64,000 bases of DNA from Clostridiales bacterium. Lineage in GTDB: Bacteria; Bacillota; Clostridia; Christensenellales; Aristaeellaceae. The notes under the pieces are model-generated. The model worked only from the letters and a program-made list of their open reading frames with translations. It had not been told where the DNA came from and made no database searches. Positions within the stretch are counted from its first letter, which is position 1. Each line of letters starts with the position of its first letter. Shown piece after piece: positions 17,136 through 26,530 of this stretch. The stretch lies in the NCBI GenBank assembly GCA_012517815.1, contig JAAYUF010000050.1:5941-69940 (forward strand), in the 5' to 3' direction. Both the position numbers and the translations under genes were made by a program.

Positions 17136-18179
17136 TTACTGTTCGATCTGGATATCCCGGTTTTCCAGCGCCGAGCGCTCCGCCGCAAAGATCACGCGCA
17201 TCGCCTTGAGCGCCTCGCGCGCGTCGCAGAGGGACGGTTCCCCGGTGCGTACGCTATGGACGAACGAATCGATCACGCCGGTGCTCACGCGCCCGCCGGT
17301 CGTCTGTTTCTTGTTGGAGGTCATCTCGTCCAGCGCGATTCTTTCGGTTTCACCATTGAAGTGCTCGATGATCAGCGAATACGTCGGGTCGGCGTAGCAG
17401 TGGAGGATTCCCTTGGTGCCGTAGAGCACGGTGGAGTTGTCCTCCTCGCCGTAGAACGTCCAGCTTACGTGCATCTGCCCGGTCGCGCCGCTTTGGGTGC
17501 GGTAGATGCAAAAAGCGTTGTCGTCCACGCCGATGGGCGAGCCGTCCGGGTATTTTTTATCCAGCGTGCGGAAATCGGCCTTCACGGCGACAATCGGCTC
17601 GCCCAGCAGGTAATGCAGCAGGTCGGTCTTGTGGATGCCCAGATCGGCCAGCGCGCCGAAAGCGGCGCGGCTCTTGTCGAAAAACCAGGAGTTCTTCTGC
17701 CCCGTCCAGCCTTCCGGGCCGGAATGCCCAAATGTGGTCCGGAAGCTGATTACCCGCCCGATCTCCCCCGCGGCGACGCGCCTGCGCGCCTCCACGTGGG
17801 CTTTGGCCAGCCGCTGGTTGTGGCCCAGCATCAGCGTGCGGTTCGCGTCCTCGGCTGCCCGGGCCATCGCTTTGCAATCCGCCAGCGTGGTCGCCATCGG
17901 CTTTTCGCACAGCACGTGCATGCCCTTTTGCAGCGCCTTGATGCTCACGGCCGCGTGATCCGCGTTGGCCACGCACACGCTCACCGCGTCCACGCCGCTG
18001 TTCAGCAGCGCATCCACGCTGTCGTACGCCTGTCCGCCGTACAGCTTCACCATATCCTGCGCGCGTTCCGGGAGAAAATCATAAAAAGCGGTCAGGCGGC
18101 ATTCGGGATTTTCCGCATATTCCGGCGCGTGCCGTACCTGCGTAATTTTCCCGCAGCCAATGATACCGATGCGCAGCAT
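17136..18179 (-). CDS. Gfo/Idh/MocA family oxidoreductase
   Basis: 347 aa. Rossmann motif MLRIGIIGCGKITQVRHAPEY and the EKP motif VLCEKPMATT. Confidence 0.9.
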   Translation of the reverse strand: MLRIGIIGCGKITQVRHAPEYAENPECRLTAFYDFLPERAQDMVKLYGGQAYDSVDALLNSGVDAVSVCVANADHAAVSIKALQKGMHVLCEKPMATTLADCKAMARAAEDANRTLMLGHNQRLAKAHVEARRRVAAGEIGRVISFRTTFGHSGPEGWTGQKNSWFFDKSRAAFGALADLGIHKTDLLHYLLGEPIVAVKADFRTLDKKYPDGSPIGVDDNAFCIYRTQSGATGQMHVSWTFYGEEDNSTVLYGTKGILHCYADPTYSLIIEHFNGETERIALDEMTSNKKQTTGGRVSTGVIDSFVHSVRTGEPSLCDAREALKAMRVIFAAERSALENRDIQIEQ

Positions 18180-18191
18180 GTCTCCCCCTCC

Positions 18192-19211
18192 TTATTTCTT
18201 ATCGCCCCGCACGTTTTGCAGGAGCACCGCCAGGATGATGATCGCGCCGCTGATGGCGCCGTTGAGGAAGGTCGGCACCTGAGCGGCCACCAGGATGTTG
18301 TTGATGATCTTGAACATGATCACGCCCAGGAACGTGCCGATGATCTTGCCGCGGCCGCCGCTCATCGCGGTGCCGCCGATCGCGACGGCGGCGATGGCGT
18401 CCATCTCAAACAGGTTGCCGGCGCTGGCCGCTGCCACGGCCATCAGGCGCGAGGCGTAGATCCAGCTGGCGAAGCCGCACATCAGGCCCGTGATGCTGAA
18501 CACGGCAATCTTCGTGCGCACCACGTTCACGCCGGACAGGCGCGCCGATACCTCGTTGCTGCCCAGGGCATAGATGTGCTTGCCCAGGCGCGTGCGCTGC
18601 ATGATCAGCCCAAAGAGCAGCGCCACCACGATGAACATGAGCATCGGGTAGGGAAACTTGAGCCCGAACACGTCGACCGAACCGCCGGCCACCAGCCGGT
18701 ACGCCTCGTAGTAGGGCTCGGTGGAGATGCCGTTGGCGACCGTGAAGGGGCCGCCCTGCCCGAAATGGTTGACAATCGCGCGGCAGGAGGTTTGCACCGC
18801 CAGCGTGGCGATCATGGCGGGCATCCGGCCCTTGGCGATCAGCAGCCCGTTGAAGGTGCCGATGAACGCGCCGAACGCCAGGCAGAACAGCAGCATCAGC
18901 CAGATGTTGTGCGTATAGTTGAGCAAATCGATGCCGAAGCCCGAGATAATGGCGACCTGCGCGCCCACGGAGATGTCGATGAGCCCCGCGCAGATGACCA
19001 TCGTCATGCCCATGGCGATCACGCCGATCGGCGCGGACTGCACAAAGATGTTGGTCACGTTGCGCCATTTGAAGAAGTTGGGGTTGACCGATACCGCAAT
19101 GGCCAGGATCAGGATAAAGGAGACCATGTAGCTGTAATCGGAAAACAGCTTCTTCCCGACGGAGCCGATGGAAAGGCGGCCGCGATCATTTTTCAAGGCT
19201 GATTTGTTCAT
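18192..19211 (-). CDS. sugar ABC transporter permease (RbsC-type)
   Basis: Multi-TM; motifs AGLIDISVGAQ and IGGTAMSGGRGKIIGTFLG. Start placed at ATG 19211 (MNKSALKN...) 8 nt after GGAGGG. It overlaps the ATPase 3' end by 26 nt. Confidence 0.85.
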   Translation of the reverse strand: MNKSALKNDRGRLSIGSVGKKLFSDYSYMVSFILILAIAVSVNPNFFKWRNVTNIFVQSAPIGVIAMGMTMVICAGLIDISVGAQVAIISGFGIDLLNYTHNIWLMLLFCLAFGAFIGTFNGLLIAKGRMPAMIATLAVQTSCRAIVNHFGQGGPFTVANGISTEPYYEAYRLVAGGSVDVFGLKFPYPMLMFIVVALLFGLIMQRTRLGKHIYALGSNEVSARLSGVNVVRTKIAVFSITGLMCGFASWIYASRLMAVAAASAGNLFEMDAIAAVAIGGTAMSGGRGKIIGTFLGVIMFKIINNILVAAQVPTFLNGAISGAIIILAVLLQNVRGDKK

Positions 19212-20706
19212 GCTTTGCACCCTCCAGATTTGATCCTGTGGAATAGTACATGATGTTCTTTTCGGTCAGCTGCCTGCGGGGCAGCACCGCGTTGATCCGG
19301 CCCTTGTACATGACCACGCACTCGTCCGCCACCTTGTAGATTTCCGGAAATTCGGCGGAGAACACGAGGATGGCCTTGCCTTCCATAGCCAGCCGCAGGA
19401 TCAGGTGATAGATTTCAAATTTCGTACCCACGTCGATGCCCTGGGTCGGGTTGTCGAAAATCAGCACATCCGCGTTGGTTTCCAGCCAGCGGCCGAGAAT
19501 CACCTTCTGCTGGTTACCGCCGGACAGCGACGTGATCGGGTTTTTCGGATTGTCGGCCTTGAGGGACAGCGCGTCCTTCACGCGCTGGTAACGCGACCTT
19601 TCCAGCCTGGGGTTGATCAGCAGCGTTTTCAGGTGCGTGTTGATAAAGCCCATGGAGACGTTATCGGTGATGGACAGATGGTTGTGGATGCCGCGCTCCT
19701 TGCGGGAACGGGGCACCATGGCGACGCCCCTGTGCATGTAGCCCCGTATATTCGCGCGGTCGACCTGCCGGCCTTTGATCACCAAACGGCCCTTGTGCGG
19801 GATCACGCCAAACAGCGCGTCGGCCAGCATGTCGCGGCCGGAGCTTTGAAGCCCCGTAAAAGCGAGGATCTCGCCCTTATGCAGCCGAAAGCTCACGTCC
19901 TCAAAGCTGTCGCCGCTGAGATGGTCGGCTTCCAGCGCGATCTCATCGGTGCCGTAGTACTCTTTATGGGTAAAGTCGTCCTCCGCCAGCGCGCGCCCAA
20001 TCATCATTTCCGTAATCTCGCCCTCGTTGGTATCGGCGATGCGGCCGTTGCCGATCAGGCGGCCGTCCCGCAGGACGTAATACGTTTCGCAGATTTGAAA
20101 TATCTCCGGCATTTTGTGCGAAATATAGATGAAGGACACGCCTTCCGACTTGAGCTGGCGCATGATGACGAACAGATTGTCGATTTCCCGGTTGGACAGG
20201 GCCGAGGTCGGCTCGTCCATGATAATCAGGTCGCACTTGAATAAAAGCGACCTGGCGATTTCCACCAGCTGCTTTTCCGCGGGCTGCAAGGTCTTCACCG
20301 TCGTCCACGGATCGATGTTGACATGCATGCGGTCAAACACTTCGCGGGTGCGCTGGGCCATTTCCTTTTTATTCAGCAAACCGCCTCTGCCCAGCGTTTC
20401 CTGCGCGAGGAAGAGGTTTTCAAATACGTTTAAATCATTGCAAAGGTTCAGTTCCTGGTGGATAAAGCGGATGCCCAGCTTCATGGCCTGCAGCGCGCTG
20501 GTCATGCGCACCTTTTGCCCGTCCAGCAGAATTTCGCCTTCCGTGGGGGGAAACGTACCGGCCAGCACGTTCATCAGGGTGGACTTGCCGGCGCCGTTTT
20601 CACCCAGCAGGCCGACGATCTCGCCCGGCTGCACCGTGAAATGCACATGATCCACAGCGCGGACAGGCCCGAAGTCCATCACGATTCCCTTCATCTGTGT
20701 GAGCAA
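19186..20706 (-). CDS. sugar ABC transporter ATP-binding protein (duplicated NBD)
   Basis: 506 aa. Walker A GENGAGKSTLMN and second signature LSGGNQQKVILGRW. TTG start 9 nt after AAGGAGG. Confidence 0.88.
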   Translation of the reverse strand: MLTQMKGIVMDFGPVRAVDHVHFTVQPGEIVGLLGENGAGKSTLMNVLAGTFPPTEGEILLDGQKVRMTSALQAMKLGIRFIHQELNLCNDLNVFENLFLAQETLGRGGLLNKKEMAQRTREVFDRMHVNIDPWTTVKTLQPAEKQLVEIARSLLFKCDLIIMDEPTSALSNREIDNLFVIMRQLKSEGVSFIYISHKMPEIFQICETYYVLRDGRLIGNGRIADTNEGEITEMMIGRALAEDDFTHKEYYGTDEIALEADHLSGDSFEDVSFRLHKGEILAFTGLQSSGRDMLADALFGVIPHKGRLVIKGRQVDRANIRGYMHRGVAMVPRSRKERGIHNHLSITDNVSMGFINTHLKTLLINPRLERSRYQRVKDALSLKADNPKNPITSLSGGNQQKVILGRWLETNADVLIFDNPTQGIDVGTKFEIYHLILRLAMEGKAILVFSAEFPEIYKVADECVVMYKGRINAVLPRRQLTEKNIMYYSTGSNLEGAKHEQISLEK

Positions 20707-20795
20707 ATGCCATTGCCTCCTTCTTGTGGAAAGGAGCCGGTCGGCATGGTACCGGCCGGCTCCTTCGAATAGGTCTGGTTTTGGGGTTGGAGCCG

Positions 20796-21821
20796 TTAGT
20801 TCAGGCTGTAGCGGTCCGTGTACTCCTGGCTGGCTTCGTAAGCCGCGACGCTGTCCTTGTCGATCTCGATGGTCGGGATCAGGAACAGCTGGCCTTCGAT
20901 CTTCTGGCCCTGGTACTCTTCGCCCTTGGCGGCGGCCACGGCCAGGCGGATCGCCTCACGGATGTAGGAGGGGCTGACGTAGTAGGTCAGCAGTTCGGGC
21001 TTGGTGATGCTCTTGAAGGTGGACAGGGTCTCGCGGCGGCCGCCGACGGAGGTGATCATATTGAGGTTGGTCAGCGCGGTGTTGTCGGCGATGACCGTCA
21101 TGATGCCGTCCACGATCTCGTCGTCATGCGTGCAGATGAAGTCCAGGTCCGCGATGGTCGCGGCATCCGCGGTGCTCAGCCAGTTCTCCATGAATTCCTG
21201 CGCCTTGGCGTTGGACCAGTCGGTCTGGAAGCCGTCGGTCAGGAGTTTGAACTGATCCTTGTACTCGGAAGCGTTGAGCACGTCGACCATGCCGCCGGTG
21301 CGCTGCTTGGAAACGGTGGAGCTATCGCCGATGAACAGCAGGTAGGTCAGGGTTTCGCCGGCCTTGAGCTGATCGGCGAAGTAGTTGAGCAGGTATTCGC
21401 CCATCATGTTGCCGATCTTTTCGTTGTCGCCCATGATTTCGGTGGCCATGCCGGTGAAGTTCTCGATGAGGCGGTCATAGATGATCAGCGGAACGCCTTC
21501 ATCCACGACGGTCTGCGCGGCGTTGCGGAGCTGGTCGCCTTCCAGCGGCCACAGCATGATCGCGTCCGGGCCCCAGGCCAGGATGTCGTCGATCGCCTGA
21601 ATCTGCTTGGAAGCCTCGCCGCCAACGCCCATCATGTAATCTTCGATGACGCCGGCAGCCTTGAGGGCCTCAGCCTCGGCACGGGCATGAGCGACGCTCT
21701 CGCCGGTGAAGCCGTGGTCCGCGTCCGGGGTGACAATGCCCAGCTTGACGCCTTCCGCCAGAGCGGCGGTGGACGCAAGCACCAGGGCGAGGGAAAGTAC
21801 CAGCGCGAGAAGTTTCTTCAT
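20796..21821 (-). CDS. sugar ABC transporter substrate-binding protein
   Basis: Start at ATG 21821 (MKKLLALVLSLALVLASTAALA|EG) behind GGGGAGG. PBP type I fold. Confidence 0.88.
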   Translation of the reverse strand: MKKLLALVLSLALVLASTAALAEGVKLGIVTPDADHGFTGESVAHARAEAEALKAAGVIEDYMMGVGGEASKQIQAIDDILAWGPDAIMLWPLEGDQLRNAAQTVVDEGVPLIIYDRLIENFTGMATEIMGDNEKIGNMMGEYLLNYFADQLKAGETLTYLLFIGDSSTVSKQRTGGMVDVLNASEYKDQFKLLTDGFQTDWSNAKAQEFMENWLSTADAATIADLDFICTHDDEIVDGIMTVIADNTALTNLNMITSVGGRRETLSTFKSITKPELLTYYVSPSYIREAIRLAVAAAKGEEYQGQKIEGQLFLIPTIEIDKDSVAAYEASQEYTDRYSLN

Positions 21822-21845
21822 AAAACAATTCCTCCCCATTATTTT

Positions 21846-22886
21846 TCAACATCCCGTTACCCGGGATGCGAAATTCACCAGTAAGCCGTCATACGGCGCA
21901 GAGGATTCCCGAACCATCAGCCGGTGCGGCAGGATCACTTCCTGGGGCACCTGCTGGCGCTGGACCAGGCCGCGCATCAGTTCCACGGCCGTGTGCCCGA
22001 TCTGGTAGCAGGGCTGCACCACGGTGGTCACATACGGGTGGAACATGGTGGTGTACTCCACGTCGTCAAAACCGACGACGGTCACATCCTCCGGTACGCG
22101 GAAACCCATTTCCTTCGCGCCGGCGATGGCGCCCAGCGCGAGCATGTCCGAGATGCAAAACAGCGCCGTGGGTCGTTTTTCCTGCGCCAGCAGGGAGCGG
22201 GCCAGCTTGAAGCCCATTTTGAAGGTATAGCCCTGCGTCGCGTAGCGGATGTAATCTTCCTCCGCCGGGAGGTTGGCCGCCGCCAGCGCGTCCCGGTAGC
22301 CGCGCAGGCGGGTCGCCGTGGAATAGAAGCGGTTTTCGATGCTGATGGTGCCGATGCGCGTATGCCCCAGCGAGATCAGGTATTCCATCACGTCCTGCGT
22401 GGCCTTGTAATTATCCACACAGACCCGGGGAATGGGAAAGCGGGGGTCAAATTCAGAGCACTGCACCACGGGGTATTCCCTGGCGTAGTCATAAATCCAG
22501 TCGGAGCCCAGTTCCGCCGCCAGCAGAATGGCGCCGTCCGCCTGATGCTTGGTCAGGCGCTCCAGGATCTGTTCTTCCAGCTCGCGCTTGCCTTCGGTGT
22601 TGAACAGAAACGAGGAATAGCCGTTTTCCTGCGCCGCCTGGGCGATCCCCGCGATGATGTTGGCGTAGTAGGGGTTGGTGATGTTCGGGGTCAGGATGGC
22701 CAGCGTACCGCTCACATTGCGCCGGAGGTTCTGCGCCGTGAAGTTGGGCTCGTAGCGCAGGTCCCGAACCGCCTCCATCACGCGGGCCGCCAGTTCGGGC
22801 TTGACGCGCGATTGTCCGTTGAGCACGCGGGATACCGTGGCGATCGAAACGTTGGCGCGTTTCGCCACATCCACCATCGTCGACAA
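21846..22886 (-). CDS. LacI/GalR family transcriptional regulator
   Basis: 346 aa. HTH MSTMVDVAKRANVSIATVSRVLNG. First gene of the operon 22886->16133. Confidence 0.9.
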   Translation of the reverse strand: MSTMVDVAKRANVSIATVSRVLNGQSRVKPELAARVMEAVRDLRYEPNFTAQNLRRNVSGTLAILTPNITNPYYANIIAGIAQAAQENGYSSFLFNTEGKRELEEQILERLTKHQADGAILLAAELGSDWIYDYAREYPVVQCSEFDPRFPIPRVCVDNYKATQDVMEYLISLGHTRIGTISIENRFYSTATRLRGYRDALAAANLPAEEDYIRYATQGYTFKMGFKLARSLLAQEKRPTALFCISDMLALGAIAGAKEMGFRVPEDVTVVGFDDVEYTTMFHPYVTTVVQPCYQIGHTAVELMRGLVQRQQVPQEVILPHRLMVRESSAPYDGLLVNFASRVTGC

Positions 22887-23034
22887 GCGCTTTCTCCCTC
22901 TCTGCGCGCTCCCTTCCCAGGTTGCGCCGGGAAATCGGTTGCGAGGTCTGTACCCGGCCTAAACCGTGCCGAAACAGACGCTTTGGGTACACAAAAACCC
23001 AAGCGATTCGGCCTTTGCGGGCGCTTCTTGTTTC

Positions 23035-23048
23035 GGTAATCGTTTACT
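23035..23048. promoter_or_regulatory. candidate LacI/cre-like operator GGTAATCGTTTACT
   Basis: Near-palindrome GTAA(T/A)CG(T/A)TTAC immediately downstream of the -10 box of the promoter at 23051..23079. Confidence 0.45.
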
Positions 23049-23050
23049 CC

Positions 23051-23079
23051 ACTATAGCATTGACCCTTCTCCGTGTCAA
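23051..23079 (-). promoter_or_regulatory. promoter of the LacI-SBP-ATPase-permease-oxidoreductase-isomerase operon
   Basis: Minus strand reads TTGACA (23079..23074), a 17-nt spacer, then TATAGT (23056..23051). Confidence 0.65.
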
Positions 23080-23596
23080 TAGGTTTTCCGCGGTTTATTC
23101 AAAAAGCTGCAAAATATTCGCCGGATTCTGTCCAAATAACCGGCCTGCCCTGATATTCGCCATTCTTTATTCTTTTATTAAATTATGTTTTGAATTTTGA
23201 ATCACACGTTTCCAACCGTGCTTCCGCGCCCGCCGTACCGCTGGAAAAACGCCGCGCGTCGGGCGACGCGCCCTGTTGGCCCCCTGTTGGCGCGGGCGGA
23301 GAACAAGCCGGGCGCGTGTATGCCGGACGAGCGATCCGGAACCTGTTTTCCGCTCCGTTACATCGGGTTGCATCCGGCCCGTGTCGTTCGCCTGGTAAGG
23401 TTACCGCGATCCCATGCGTATTGGTGATTGCTTTTCTGCCGCGTCGGGTCCGCCCGGCGCAATGCCGCCGCGCTGCCAACGCAAGCACGGCCCGCACATG
23501 CCTCAGGGCGGCCCCGGCGCCCTTCCCCCACGCCCGAGGCGATCGGGCGGCGGTACATCCGCAGTGCCGGCGGGGAAGGTTTTCGGCACGCGAAGC

Positions 23597-23625
23597 TTGG
23601 AACCGTCGCGGCCGCGTGGTATAAT
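23597..23625 (+). promoter_or_regulatory. promoter in front of the decayed oxidoreductase gene
   Basis: TTGGAA (23597..23602), a 17-nt spacer, then TATAAT (23620..23625), followed by AAAGGGGGGAG and ATG 23644. Confidence 0.5.
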
Positions 23626-23643
23626 GCCAAAGGGGGGAGCGGC

Positions 23644-24543
23644 ATGCCCGGGGATGCGCTGTACATGTTTGCGGAACCCGGCTACGGCAACGCCAGCCCG
23701 TTTACCAAGAGTTCGGCCGGTTTGCTGGCAACGGCGGCGCGCGGGGTCAAACCGGCGCTGGTGCGTTGCTCCCCGCATGATTTAAGCGCGGATGTGAGCG
23801 GCCCGACTTTTGACCGCCGCGCGCTGGTCATGCGCATGGCGTCCTGCTTCCGCCATACGGGCCGCAGGCGGCTGGCCTGCGTGGGCAGCATGCTGGAGAA
23901 CGCCAACGACGAACTGCGCAAACCGGCTTTCCTTGACGGCGCCCGCAAGTTTGGGCTCAGGGTGTCCAAAAAGGATGTGTTCGAGGGGACCGGCGTTCTG
24001 GCCCCCATTGCGGAGGTATTTCTCGGCCGGCTGGCGGGGCGCCTGGGCTATGGGCGGCGGCGCGCTGATGAACCAGGGCGTCCACGGGTTCGACGTGTTC
24101 CGTTCCCGGATGGGGCCGGTTCGCAGGCTGGCGGGCTGTGCGCGTGCGCTCCCCCGGCCCATCGAGGCGGAGGATTCGGCCTTGGCCGTCCTCGAATGCC
24201 AAAACGGCGCGGTGGACACGCTGGAAGGTTCCGCCTCCTGCTACCCCGGCTATCCGCGCCGGATCGAAATCTGCGTTGACAAGGGCTCGGTCGTGCTGGA
24301 GGAGGACGCCATCCTCCGCTGGAACTGCAATTCAAAAAGCGGCCTTCCCGTGGGCAAGGCCGCCCAAAGTGTCGCCAGCGCCGCTCCCAGGGCGATCAAC
24401 GCCGACGGGCACATCCGCCGGATGCGTCGCTTTGTGGGAGCGATATTGGACGGCGATCCCTGATTGCGGACGCCGCCACGGGTCGCTCGCCGCCGGGGAT
24501 CATTCTGGCGCTCTGCCAAGCGTCACAAACCGGCAAAATATAG
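23644..24543 (+). pseudogene. Gfo/Idh/MocA oxidoreductase remnant (N-terminally truncated, at least 2 frameshifts)
   Basis: Homology is split over three frames. Frame A runs 23644..about 24050. Frame B carries GGGALMNQGVHGFDVF...GHIRRMRRFVGAILDGDP and stops at 24463. Frame C from 24460 reads LIADAATGRSPPGIILALCQASQTGKI, the usual family C-terminus. The Rossmann GxGxxG segment is absent. Confidence 0.6.
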
Positions 24544-24561
24544 AGTTTGAGGATTGAAAAG

Positions 24562-25305
24562 ATGAAAGAATTCAGGGTGGATCAACTGCTGGTGCGGCAA
24601 TACGGCACGCGTCGGGAAATGGGCGCGCAGGCAGCGCGGGACGCGGCGGAAACGCTGCGCGCGCTGCTGGCGCGCAAGGAAGAAATCAACGTCATGTTCG
24701 CCGCCGCCTATTCCCAGAGCGAGCTCCTGAGCGGCCTCGTCGCCTCCGACGTGGACTGGTCGCGCGTCAACGCCTTTCACATGGATAATTACATCGACCT
24801 CCCGGCGGACGCGCCTCAGCAGTTTTCCAACTTCTTAACCCGGTATCTGTTCGGGCTGGTCCCTTTCAGGCAGGTGTTCCTGATGGGCGATACGGAGGCC
24901 GACGCCCCGCGTTACGCCGCGCTGCTCCGGTCGCACCCGCTGGACGTGTGCTTCATGGGCGTCGGCGAAAACGGGCACATCGCCTTTAACGACCCCGACA
25001 TGGCGGATTTTCACGACCCGCTGCTGGTCAAAAGGGTGGAACTGGACCTGATGTGCCGCAACCAGCAGGTACACGACAAATGCTTTGAGACGCTGGAGCA
25101 GGTGCCGCGCTATGCGCTGACCGCCACCGTGCCCGCGCTGACCTCCGCCGACGCGGTGTTTTGCGTGGTGCCGGCGCTTTCCAAGGCGGATGCGGTTCGC
25201 GCCATGCTGACGGAGCCCGTCCGCGAAGCCTGCCCGGCCTCCATCCTTCGCCGGCACCCCAACGCGCGGCTGTACCTGGACGCGGACGCCGCCTCCCGGT
25301 TATGA
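24562..25305 (+). CDS. nagB: glucosamine-6-phosphate deaminase / 6-phosphogluconolactonase family protein (NagB-like)
   Basis: Start at ATG 24562 (MKEFRVDQLLV...) behind TGAGGA. Motifs MGVGENGHIAFNDP and TATVPAL. The symbol is tentative, since this family also includes lactonases. Confidence 0.75.
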   Translation: MKEFRVDQLLVRQYGTRREMGAQAARDAAETLRALLARKEEINVMFAAAYSQSELLSGLVASDVDWSRVNAFHMDNYIDLPADAPQQFSNFLTRYLFGLVPFRQVFLMGDTEADAPRYAALLRSHPLDVCFMGVGENGHIAFNDPDMADFHDPLLVKRVELDLMCRNQQVHDKCFETLEQVPRYALTATVPALTSADAVFCVVPALSKADAVRAMLTEPVREACPASILRRHPNARLYLDADAASRL

Positions 25306-26530
25306 AAACCGCGATCACGGGCTGCCGGTAGGCGCTGCCGTCGGGGATCGCCCAGAGCCGCGGCGCTGCTGCTGGACGGCGGTCCAATCACGGGGTTCGC
25401 TTCGACGCCCCCGCGGACGCCCCCGTGCTGGACGCGCGTTGTCCGTTGGTGAGCCCCGGCTTTAGGGACTTGCCTGTCCGCGATGGCCCCGGCGCGGATT
25501 TCATGGACGCAACCCCGGAGGCGTTCCGCGTGGCGGCGCGGCGCTCGCTGCGCGGCGGCGCCACCGCCGTGTAACCGGCCACGATGTGCGCGCTGGACGA
25601 CGCGCTTGCCACGCGCCGGACGCCTTTGAAACCGTGCGCGTCGGACCCGGCCTGCCGCGCATGCCCGGGACGCACCCGGAAGGGCCGTGCCTTTCGGACG
25701 CGTAAGCCGGCACGCAGGACGCGCGCGTTGCGCAACCCCACTCCCGCCCACTGCGGGGCCCTGCCGGAGAGGCAGGCGCTGATCGCGCGCGTAACGACCG
25801 CCTGCGAACCGCAAGGCGCGTTGGCGTTGGGCGGCCGCCTGCGAACCGCAAGGCGCGTTGGCGTTGGGCGGCCGCCTGCGAACCGCAAGGCGCGTTGGCG
25901 TTGGGCGACCGCCTGCGGGCACTGGGCCTCGTCGCCTCCGTGGGTCGTTCGGACGCGGACTATCCCGAGGCGCTGGCCGCGGTTGCGCACGGCCACACGC
26001 CCGTGACCCACCCGTACGGCGGGATGTCCATGGTACGGCGCAAGCCGCCTGCCGTGTGCTGGGGCTTTTGAAAGCGCGTTCCTGCCGGACGGTCTCAGCG
26101 TGGAGATCATCGCCGACAGCAGGCGTCTTCCGCCGGAACTGCTCGGGCTCATCTGCCGCTGCAGGCCGCACGGCGCCATCTCGCCGGTAACGGATACGCT
26201 GCTCGGCGCCGGACTGCCGGAAGGCTGCCGCATCGGCCTCTCTGGGGGTCGCTGGGCGGTGCTTGACAACGGCGTCGCCATGATGTCGGATCGCACCGGT
26301 TTTGCGGGAAGCGTGGTCACGCCGGAGCGGTGCTTGCGCGCCCTGTGGAAGGAAGCCGATCTGCCGTTGGGGACGGCGGTAGCCATGATGACCGTGGACC
26401 CCTGCCGCGTGATGGGTTTGGAGCGCCGCGCGGAATGCTTGCCGCGGGCATGGATGCCGATCTGATGTTTTCGACGACGAGGTTTGGGTGCGCCGCGTGA
26501 GCATCGGCGGCGAAACGCGCTACGCGGTGG
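25302..26530 (+). pseudogene. nagA: N-acetylglucosamine-6-phosphate deacetylase (NagA) pseudogene
   Basis: The ATG overlaps the nagB stop (ATGA at 25302..25305). A stop occurs after 9 codons (MKTAITGCR*). NagA-like blocks are scattered over all three frames: VSPGFRDLPVRDGPGADFMDATPEAFRVAA, GLVASVGRSDADYPEALAAVAHGHTPVTHPYGGMS, EIIADSRRLPPELL...TDTLLGAGLPEG...GSVVT, DADL..FDDEVWVRRVSIGGE. The metal-binding HxH is degraded to PVRD. Confidence 0.75.
25796..25918. repeat. 37-bp tandem repeat, 3 full copies plus a partial one, inside the nagA pseudogene
   Basis: Unit cctgcgaaccgcaaggcgcgttggcgttgggcggccg starts at 25801, 25838 and 25875, with a partial copy at 25912. The period is not a multiple of 3, so each extra copy shifts the frame. 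Confidence 0.9.

Noticed and set aside
23090-23200. AT-rich island (tttattcttttattaaattatgttttgaattttgaatc) as a mobile-element end, att site or origin-like sequence
   Set aside because: It is short, with no flanking integrase or transposase and no inverted or direct repeat pair. It sits upstream of the operon promoter at 23051..23079, so it is most simply promoter-upstream (UP-element-like) DNA bordering decayed sequence.
25796-25918. Possible CRISPR array (37-bp direct repeats)
   Set aside because: The copies are directly adjacent with no spacers, there are only about 3.2 of them, they are embedded in nagA-homologous sequence, and no cas genes are nearby. This is a simple tandem duplication.
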